A stretch of 64,000 nt of DNA from the NCBI GenBank assembly GCA_903813345.2, contig CAIIXF020000001.1:1674001-1738000 (forward strand). The letters run 5' to 3'. This DNA is from Owenia fusiformis. Its lineage: Eukaryota. Below are positions 13,803-39,640 of the stretch, in pieces. The position numbers and the translations under genes were made by a program. Within the stretch, counting starts at the first letter, position 1. Each line of letters opens with the position of its first letter. Below the pieces are notes generated by a model that saw only the letters and a list, made by a program, of their open reading frames with translations, searched no databases and had not been told where the DNA came from.

Positions 13803-14611
13803 CATCAAATATACTATTTTGTGAATCATATAATTGTGATGAATTACTATAAAAGTGTATGAATATGATTGGTATGCGTGTAAATGTGATGAAATACAAT
13901 AATTGTACTTAAATCTACCTTTTTTGTTCTTTCAATATCTTGTTGGTATGAATACTACTTCATTGTAATTGTACGAGAAAGTATACAAAACTGGTTTTTA
14001 AATATCGAATTATGTTTATTCCAAGAACCGTTGACTCGTTTTAAAAGAACACACCACAACAGATATATTTGATCCACTAAGTTGTCAGTCAGTGCAGCTC
14101 AGCTCGATCAGTTCAACTTTATTTCCTCCAAATAAGTAAAGGCCCAGTAAAGCCATGTTGAGAACTTTGGAAAAACATTTCACTGCAGGGACCCCCACGA
14201 AACAAAAAAAAGTTACTGCACGGGGACCCCCACATTCCCGAATTCTGTGACCCCTTGCAACCTATTGATATTTATCTACGTTTGTCTGCAAATCATCACC
14301 GTTTTCTTAAAGATGTATCTGAGGAAACAAATTACGATCAAAAGAGCATTCTATTAAAATGTTAAAAACTTTTGCAATGAGTACATTACAACCTAGAGAG
14401 ACTATGTAAATAAAACAAAATCCTCCCATACGATAGACGCTCCCCTATGGGAGCATATTCCAAGCTAGTCTCTCAGGTTGTAATGTCCGGTGGCAGATTG
14501 CAGTACAAGTCCCTTAGCGCAGTTATTCTTCGGTAATGGCGTTGAGCAGACTGTCAATAGAGGAATAGATGGCGAAGAATCCGAGTGGGTTTACAATTAT
14601 ATGAATATACA

Positions 14612-14830
14612 CAGGGAGTGCCAAAATATTTTGCAACTTTTTTAGTAGGCTAGAAAAGTGTTTTTTTACAGAAACATTCCTTAAGCTAATACTGACTTCA
14701 ATTTTTTTGTCAGATGTTTGAATATTAATGGTAAATTGCTCATGTGTCCGAGATTTACCATTTTTCCTAGAAAATGTGACTTCATATGTCAATAGTCAAT
14801 ACTTGTTGCAAATTTTTTTGGCACACCCTG
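14612..14830. mobile_element. Tc1/mariner-like MITE
   Basis: TIRs CAGGGAGTGCCAAAATATTTTGCAAC / GTTGCAAATTTTTTTGGCACACCCTG, TA on the right flank. Confidence 0.75.
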
Positions 14831-14836
14831 TACATA

Positions 14837-15700
14837 GGGGAACATGGGGCAAAACGGCCCTCTGGCCGGGCAAAGTGGCCCATCGAAATATCTTTTGAAC
14901 TATAAAAAGATGGTTCTTCAAAAGTCACATAATCGAATTTTGAAATTTCTGCCACCTTCTCGACGTGGCCCATTTTTAACCAAGCAGCGTCTCGCTTTAA
15001 GTAAGAGGTAATTCTACTTTTCACCCTCTTTTTGTAAATTACCCTTCCAACGAGAATCTCTAAAAAATCCGGAAACAGTAGAATATCTTTTTGATTTAAC
15101 ATCTTACATAGAGTATGCACATTTTTTATTCTTTATTTGTAAAAATTTCGAGCTTCAAATATTAGGCAAATTAAAATGACGTCTATTTGAAAATTCACAT
15201 GTCTTTGGGGCAAAACGGCCCACACATGTTATAACATACAAAAATCTTATTGTGCAAGAACAATTGGTTTTCAAATATAACGATTTTAACATTTGGCTTC
15301 CTTATTTCCTTCCGACACATATCGAATGACTAGAATTATGGTAGGGGTTAAGAATACTTTATCTGTCAAAGGTTTGAACGTCTGGGATAATATGTGTGTG
15401 GACGAGTCTTGTAATTGATTAATTCTGGTTTTAAAATCCATGTAACAGAGGGTGGGCCCTTTTGCCCCACCCATGGGCCGTTTTGCCCCACTCTCGACAC
15501 TATTTTTGACCCGGGGATTTTTGACCATTGAAAAATCAAAGAAGATAGTCCTAGGAAAGTATAAAACACTCGAAAAATGTAAACCACAAACCATTGATAA
15601 AGGGGAACATCAAAGTGCGCGATGATTGACAGATAAGAAAATACCCCGTACAGAACAACTTTAAATTAAATTTTTAGGGCCGTTTTGCCCCGTGTTCCCT
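14837..15700. mobile_element. 864-bp non-autonomous DNA transposon with 25-bp TIRs and TA target duplication
   Basis: TA|GGGGAACATGGGGCAAAACGGCCCT ... AGGGCCGTTTTGCCCCGTGTTCCCT|TA, with internal copies of GGGGCAAAACGGCCC near 15206 and 15475. Confidence 0.85.
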
Positions 15701-16469
15701 TACGCAGATCTCCCATTTCGAACCTACATTATCTTTCAGAGAATTGGGCCCAAAATGTTCTTTAATAAGGATCTCGCCTGGTGTGTTGGGGTTTGTTCAA
15801 ACTTGGTACCCGCTGCCCGGTCGAAAAAACCGCCTGGACCCAAAAAAACGAAATCTGCGGGTATCGATATACAAAAACCGGATCCGCCAGGGGTTCACTC
15901 TGGCCAATTTTTGCTTTGGGCATCAACCATGGAAACCGGCCAATTAAATCTGAGAGGAAAAACACATGGAAAAAGTTGTTTCCTATCAATATAACAACTT
16001 CGTTTATTAATCCGTGTTGTCCATACAGCTGATTGCCGCTCTTCAGATTTGAAGATCGTGACGTCACTAGTTAAGAATAAAAAAGCGAAAGATCAGAGGT
16101 TTGTATTGCATTTACACCTTATTTAATTGCAATATTACTTCAAAAGATGGTGTATATTAAGGACATAACAATGAATTGATGTTCAGTTGTATTACCCTTC
16201 AATTTTGATCAAAATTTGAAGATATATCGCTCGAATAATCATATTTGTTTTTTAGTCTAATTTATTTTAGACAGGTGAGTGAGGACCCGTTTTATTTTTT
16301 ATTCATATGATTCAATTCAAATTCGTGTTCAAACTGCAACCAGGCTCCGGGTGACCCTGGCTCTTATTGGTTACAATGTTCCTAATTATTCGTTGCAACA
16401 ATAGGAGTTGGGACGTGCATCGACCTCAGGAGTCTGGTTCACAGTGAACAGAAGCATTTATTGGAGACC

Positions 16470-17342
16470 CTATCTGTTGCAAGACTAACGCCTGGCGTAA
16501 CCGTCACCATGTTATTCAGAGTTTTTTAAGTAGCGCAAGGATCCTGCCATGACCGTGGTAATGTTATCGTGAAAGCCTGGTATAACCGCGACAATGCTGT
16601 ATTATATTGCAATGCCTGCCATGACCGTGACAATGTAATATAGTTCTGCAAGGCTTGGTATGACCGTAACAATGTAATATAGTACTGCAAGGCCTGGCAT
16701 GATCGTGACAATGTAATATAGTATTGCAAGTTCAGGTATGAGAGTTAAGTGGTAATGTAGAAATTTATGATTGCTATAATTGACCGTGACAATGTGTATT
16801 TGAAAACCTGGCATGACCATGACAATGTATTATGGGATCGCAAAGCCTGGTATGACCGTGACAATGTAATATAGTATTGCAAGGCCAGGTATGAGGGTGG
16901 TAATGTAGAGATTTAGGCTTAGTTCTACTATGACCGTTATAATGTATTGCAATGACTAGTAAATATGTATGACATTAATGCCAGGAATATCCTTAACAAT
17001 TTTAAGTGATCCTCATTACAATTAAACAGTTAATACTATGATCATGGTGTTTAACTACCTTAATCATGTCAAAATCAAAATTACTACTATACATTAATAT
17101 TCACATTCGCTTATAAACCACAATAAAGGCTACGGTCGCGCCCGGCTTCCACGATAACACTTCCAGGGTCATGACCGGCCTTGTAATAGAATACAGCATT
17201 GTCACGGTTATACCAGCCTGTCACAGTTATACCAGGCTTACACGATAACACTACCACGGTCATGGCAGGATCCTTGCGCTACTTAAAAAACACTGATTAA
17301 CATGGTGACGGTTGTGGCAGGCGTAAGTCTTGCAATAGATAG
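16470..17342. mobile_element. Foldback-like element with inverted arms of about 150 bp and an internal 39-bp tandem array
   Basis: 16470-16612 is the reverse complement of about 17181-17342 (e.g. TTTTTTAAGTAGCGCAAGGATCCTGCCATGACCGTGGTA). The unit ATGACCGTGACAATGTAATATAG.. repeats across 16620-16950. Confidence 0.85.
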
Positions 17343-17361
17343 CATGTGATTTATTGACATA

Positions 17362-17965
17362 CATGGCGTAGAATTAACTGAACACAGCTGGCTCAATGAC
17401 TTCTCTCAGCTCGGTAGAGTAACGTAGAATAATGGAAATAGAGTCTAGTTGAAAGCCCATGGACTGATGAATCTCGGATCCAACTATGTCATAAAATGGC
17501 GGAAATCAAAATATTCACAAATTTGGCGGATAGATTATTCAGCAAAAATTAAATACGATTTTCATATAGTACGTACATCACTATAGTAGAATATGATGAA
17601 TCCTTAGTATTTAGAGATTATTAGATCATTAACGAATGGTTTGAAATGAAGGCGATATGCCGTTTTTTTAAAGTTCATAATCGCGGCGGCCAATGGGAGA
17701 TTTAATCAATTAATCCCAAAAATGAGCATATTCAATGGCGGACATGGATAGATTATGGGTACATCCAGCTATTTTATATATCAAAACATCTGTATCGATC
17801 TATATTTAACAAAAACCCGATGGATCCTAAGAAGTGAGTCATTTGCTTAAAAGTTGTTTCAATTTTAAATTCTGATGAAGGCTTTCTATTGAAATCTGTG
17901 GGTGGACCATGAAATGCTGATTTTCATGCATGCGTTGTGTTGTTATTTCCATTATTCTACGCCAT
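17362..17965. mobile_element. TIR-bounded segment upstream of PHTF
   Basis: Perfect 18-bp inverted repeat 17423-17440 / 17944-17961 and 13-bp inverted repeat 17362-17374 / 17953-17965. Confidence 0.55.
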
Positions 17966-18395
17966 GGGCAAGCACCCCTTTTGTTATTATTTATTTACCA
18001 GAAGTGTGGAAAGCCCAGAGGTCTTAGACTGAACACTCAGATAACAATATGTTCCCATATCAATCTGTCAAATTTCAATACGTTCCCATACCATCACATC
18101 CCCTCCTAACTATAACTGCCACCATCTGGCCACCAGATCTGGCAGATTTGGTCTTATTCCAGACCAAAAAATTTCAAAACACACAAGAGGTGATCAGGAT
18201 ATTAGTATAAATTGTTAAGCCATAATTTATTGTAAATCTTGAACATTTTGCATGCTAAAATCTTACAATATTTCAATTTTTCAGTTTATATGAGGATCCA
18301 CCAATGATGTGCTATATGTGTAGGTGACTAAAGCAATGAGATTGTGATATACCAGGAGAAAGGAAGTGGAAGTTATGAGATAGGTGCTACTTTTA

Positions 18396-34230
<15,835 letters not shown>

Positions 34231-35377
34231 ATTTCACCAATGTTTGGTGGTAAAATGTATAGGGTTATATAAAACATAAGTGCTCTTACAGTACGTGCTT
34301 CTGATATGCTTCATCAGCAGTCTCACTTCTGCTTTCGGGAATTCAACTGAAGCAGATATGATGAGGAGTTACCCCAAGCAGTGTGGATCAGGCTCCACCA
34401 GCACGATACAGTGTAGCCCCACAAGATGATAAGTTGAAGACCATTCAGCAGATTCAGGCCTTATCTTTATAAGATTTCAAACTTTATAGTAAAAATGTTA
34501 AAACAGGGAAATACATTCATACAGAACCACTTGACTTTAAAGCTATAGATGCTATGGCTAGTTTGCAATGTAGATATAATGACGGGCATTTAATAGGGGT
34601 TGGATGAATTATCAATGCGTAAATTAATTTATTGACGAAAATGCTTGATTGACATTCTGATCCACCCCCTTTAGGTGTGACATATTGTCAATCATTCTGG
34701 AAGAAATATGAAGGAACCTTAAGGTAACAATAAAGACCCTTCACATAAATATCTGTACTTGCCTCAAAGAAATCATTCCTATATATTAACATGATATCAG
34801 TATTATGAGTGTATTAATTGTATTGTTTAAGCTTTGATCACCTTTGATTCGATCTTTAATCACTTGAATGTTTAATTTATTATAAGCCTCCTTCATGTAA
34901 ATGTATGTTTAAATGTTAAGTATTGAACATGTCTTGTATATATTGTAAAACTATAATCACTATTTATTTGAATGTTATTTATTAAGTTGAGTTGCCACAT
35001 TTTGCAATTCAGTTATTGACTTCTGATGCCAAACTTCTTCAGCAAATCATGTATATATCCAAACATGTTTCTAATCTGAACACCTCTCAGTGTCAACACT
35101 TCTTGGTCCCATTTTGGCATTCAGATTATACATATCTGATTCGTTGAATTTCACTATTTTTAATTTATAGTAGAATATGCAATTTATTTTCTGTCTGGCA
35201 TAATAGTTTCTAACCATTACAATTTTACAGTGGTGCAAACATGACATAATTTCATCATTATATTGAGCATATTAAGACATGTAAGAACAAAGGCTGCCAA
35301 TTTTAATACAAAAAGTTGTGTATTTTAGCTTTTTAGCTATGGGCGTGATTTTGTTGTTCAGTGACAAGAAAAAGCAT

Positions 35378-35383
35378 AATAAA
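35378..35383 (+). terminator. Candidate PHTF polyadenylation signal
   Basis: AATAAA about 1.15 kb after the stop, followed by T-rich sequence and just before the convergent gene's 3' end. Confidence 0.5.
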
Positions 35384-35854
35384 ATGAGAATCATAAATGC
35401 ATCTGATTTATGTTTTATGTAAGCTCATTGTGAATGAAGACTCATATAGATGGCACATCAGTAGTGCGATGCTCTTAACTTCCTGTTGAGCCAACGGTAT
35501 CTACGCCATCGTTTGACAATCCTCAAAGATAGGCTTGTCCACTAAAAGACAATTATGTTGTATTTGTGTGTGTGTGTCAATTTATTATGTCTTTTATTAT
35601 CCCATCATAAGCAGTAAATCAGATCTTAGTTGTTATATACAATATTATAAAGCTGTCCTCTTCATAAGGGTGTAGGTGTGATCGTAAAAGATAATTGGCT
35701 GCCATTTAGCTGTCTGCATCCTTAAAAATGTCACTCGTAAATCTTACTCTTTATGTACAGGATTTTAATCAGATAATGTACTTGGTAATTGTTAGCAGAA
35801 GAATAATATCCTTGGATTTCGAGAATGTTTTTCGAGAATCATGTCCGATGTGTC

Positions 35855-37755
35855 TCAGTAGCATGGCAGGTCACCGCCGGTACATGGGTCACCAGTTGCG
35901 TAGTCCGCGGGGACAGTTGTTCCTGGTTCGCACTCCATCGATTGTGGCATAAGCTTTGTCTTGGCACTATCAGCCCATACGCATTGGTAATATTTGCATC
36001 GATTGTATGGATCCACCATGAATTGACCCGCGTGGTCACACGTTCCAATCCTTGGTTGGTCTGAAAATAATTGCATTTGGAAGTTGTAAATGAATTGAAA
36101 TTATATATATTGCTGTTATAATCAATACAAAGGATTTTTTATGACTTCCCCAATCCCCATCCCCAGTTCAACAACCTTTGCAGTACATGTTTCATTTTCG
36201 ATATCATTGCTTAGTTTGTGCATGGACGTATATCAACATAATTTCGCGTATCGGGTGTTTTAAAATCAAAGACAATGCAGAGACCTGTTTGAAATAGTTC
36301 TTCCAATGGACTACCATGTTAAATCCATTTTCATTTATGATCACAATTACCCTTTGCATTCGTTTGACTTCACTTCTTAAAAGAGAGCTTCGTCTTCGTA
36401 GTTTAACTAGACTCTGCACGCAGGGTAGATCACAATTCAACTACTTTTTCATCAGCGTTTACACAAGACATCATGTTTCGAGATATATTACAAAATTCCT
36501 CTTACTTTCAATGATGCCGAACAGCTGGACCTCTTCGGGAGTTGATTGTGCACAACCGGCCCACTCAAGCATCTGAAGGCAATCGGCTTCATTGCTCGAG
36601 TACTGGCAATCGTTGGTGAAGTCCCATGTGATAGGCCTGCTGTACGTACTCAGACACCAGGCGTCTGTTCCTTTGGTCCAATCCGTTCTAGAGCCGCCCA
36701 CATTTATGTACCACATGTGCGTGGAGCCGAGCTGACAGGAGGCCTTGCCGTTTTCGGGAGGGTTGGAGGTGGAGAGAGGACATGTCTCGGGGTTGAGGGA
36801 GGTCTCCTTCAGGATACAATGGGAGTTGGTGAAGTAGTAACCATCTGGGCATTCCAACGCCGCTCCTAAAATGTTGAATATAAAATATTTGTACTTCTTC
36901 TTTTGTGATTATCCTGTTAGTTTGTGTCAGTCTTAACCATTTAGAATGGATCGGTTTTTATGTCCCCACCAGAAGTGATGACATATTATTTTTTGTGGAC
37001 GGCGGTTGGTGTTCGACGTCTGTAGCAAATGGCAGGTAGTGACATGTTAATGCCCTGTTTTGATGTTTTCATGCGATTTGATTTTCTACTTTATCTTGTT
37101 TTTTGTGTGAGCGTTTGACAATATTTATGTCTTACTCACCCTGTGCGGCGTATATCAACTGGGACACGGTCATCAGGGCTCCTACTAGGCTAGTCATCTT
37201 GAACATCTACAACATTAACATTGTCATCAATAGGTTTATCATATTATCTCATGAGAGATATTAATTCAAAGACATGATTTATCCTGTGGACCTTTAATTG
37301 CGTCGATGCAAAATTTAGTGTCATCCTCCTAAATATGCATTTTCATCACATTTATTATGAAATTGAATTAATTAAATGAAATCGTATGCATGATCTGTCA
37401 CGTAGGGTCATTGGAATTATATGCGTAAATAAAACACTTTACTCGCTAGCGTTTTTTGAATTGAGGTGATAAAAGATCTCCGACTATTTTGCATATATGG
37501 AACTTTATGTCCGCATCAGATTAGGGATATGTTCACGTCAACAATGAAGTACTAATGATAAGATGACTAGTTTCATTATTGCAGTCTGGGTTAATACATT
37601 TGAAATAAATGTAACATATTGAAATAAAAAAAACTACACACATAATGATGTCTATTGAACTAACAACGAATTAATATTGTGTAATTATAAAGATTCATTC
37701 CAGTAATTTGAAATCCTTTCGTTTTCTGAATGTTGAAAAAACTTCCACTTACCAT
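35855..37755 (-). CDS. Secreted Cys-rich protein, about 211 aa, with a C-terminal chitin-binding type-2 (CBM14/peritrophin-A)-like domain; exons 37755-37753, 37206-37140, 36865-36506, 36060-35855
   Basis: ATG|gtaagt first exon; signal-peptide-like MFKMTSLVGALMTVSQLIYAAQGAAL; 8-Cys middle exon; last exon C-x13-C-x4-C-x16-C-x15-C-x6-C with DPYNRCKYYQC. Phases 0, 1, 1 are consistent. Exons are GC-richer than the flanks; TATA box upstream and minus-strand AATAAA at 35581-35586. Confidence 0.85.
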
Positions 37756-37836
37756 ATAATTCTGTTGGCTTGATTTGATTGTTGAAAACTTTTTAGGCTC
37801 TTCAATATAGTTGTGCCCTCCAGTTGTAGCAAGTGG

Positions 37837-37844
37837 TTTATATA
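37837..37844 (-). promoter_or_regulatory. TATA box of the secreted Cys-rich gene
   Basis: Minus-strand TATATAAA about 80 nt upstream of the ATG-ending first exon. Confidence 0.6.
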
Positions 37845-39640
37845 GATTTCAGCAAGTTTATAATGGTGTTTATTTGTCTCTTGAGAAGACACTGACGTAT
37901 CTAATTATCAAAGTAGTAAGTGTTTGTCTTCAATTATAAATTCTAATTTGACATTTTCTGTCCAATCACATTGATTTGGATTTATTTCATTTGTTTTTGG
38001 GATGGCCATGATCTTGTTTAATTAAAGAAAAGCCAAACTGTATACCGTTTGAAAGAAATTTTAGAATCCATCACAGCAAAACATGTAGAATAAAACGCTA
38101 CATTCTTTCTGCGGATAATGCGTCTGGGGGAGTTATTCTTGTCATAAAAAATAGAAACTGGAATCGCAACCTTTTGTTCATAGCATACTCATGTACAACC
38201 AAATTCATCCTAATTAATCTCAATAAATTGTGCAGATAATAGTATTGGCAATTTTATATTTGTTTTCGTATTCTTTACAACGATCATTGACGTTTGAGGA
38301 AGTTTAGAGATAACACCTTCTTAGAGGTCACTCATTATCATCAAACATGTGTTAAGCTACGCAATTCGAATCGTGATCAACCACATGTAATGCATAATAT
38401 TGATGATGACGAGAAAAGATATTGCAATGGAATACCAGAATTAAAACAATTTAAATTGTGAGCACGTTGAATCAAATAAGTTCTTAAACATTGGCTAGAT
38501 ATTCAAGGAGCGACAAAACTAAAGATGATTTTAGACTTGCTTTGTAAAAAGGGGATAAAGGGATTCACCACCGGAATTTTTTTTTGAAAAATGTATTGTA
38601 CAGTATATTGTGCTCTCTTCAAACTCTAATTTGTTAATCTTTTTTCAACATTGCTTTTTTCCTTTTGTGTGGGGTGGGGGGCTGCGATCACATCCGTCAC
38701 ACCCATCTAATCAAAAACTATGAAGTTTTCTTTTAAGGAGCAAGGTCGAACGAATACAAAGGGTATAAAAAGCCTACATTTTGCCATTCATATTCTCGTT
38801 AAAGTTCTGATTTTGTTTTATGATTTTGAAAAAATGAATGTCCCCTGGACATTTCTGCTTTTTAAATCTGACTATTTGATCAGATGTCTCAAAATACGCA
38901 CTGGTTATAAGGAAACATTGACGCGATGCTTTCAGGCCCTATTCTTTGCTGGAACCTTATAATGGGAGGGAGCTATTTCAATGATTTTATCATATTCCAT
39001 AGATTACTACACGGGAGTGCTGAGAACCTGTGTTTATTACATTCAAAAGATCACGTTTGGCTTTTGAAGTTAGGTTGTTCTCTGTAATGGCATACGATAC
39101 TCGATACTTTAAACGTTGTCTATTACAGTAAGTACCCCCCCCCCCCCCTTTATAACCGAGACTAAATGGCTGACTGTGTGGTCCAGGGCGGCTACTGCTG
39201 AAAGAGTATTTACTTTGTCCCCATTACATGATAGATTGGAAGATGAAGTTTTCTTTTAAATAATAGCAAAATCGAATTATTGGAAAGAGCAGTTGGAATC
39301 CCAGGGTTGGAATTGAGGATTATACTTTCACAAATATAAGATAAAGAGGGACTCTGTATATGCTAAATCAGAATGGAAACCCGTGAAAAGTCAAGATGAA
39401 ATGTTTAACATTAACCCGCACTTTGTATTATATGATACATAACAACCGTTTTCATTATTCATTCATAAAGCCTCAAATATGTGAACTGTTTTATATCGGG
39501 GACCATCCAAGTGAAACGTGTTGAACAAAAATAGAAGTAAACGCCTAACAGGATATTGATATGAGATGCCTTATATTTCGCCATCGATTGTGTTTGGTTG
39601 AGCTAATTAGGAGTCCTTAGGAGGCGTCCAAAGGACCAAG

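Noticed and set aside
14523-16067. Several 70-110 aa ORFs as possible transposase genes
   Set aside because: No DDE, HTH or other recognisable motifs; they overlap in multiple frames inside non-autonomous elements.
16261-16280. ttttag|ACAG|gtgagt as a 4-nt microexon
   Set aside because: It is intergenic with no flanking exons to join; likely chance or repeat-derived.
17464-17895. CTGATGA...GAAA motifs as hammerhead ribozyme cores (17464, 17872; others at 12270 and 49654)
   Set aside because: I could not form stems I-III with correct spacing by eye; an Infernal search would be needed to overturn this.
34309-34366. Stem-loop in the PHTF 3' UTR as a SECIS or other structured element
   Set aside because: PHTF has no in-frame TGA, and the pairing is short and interrupted without a clear SECIS core.
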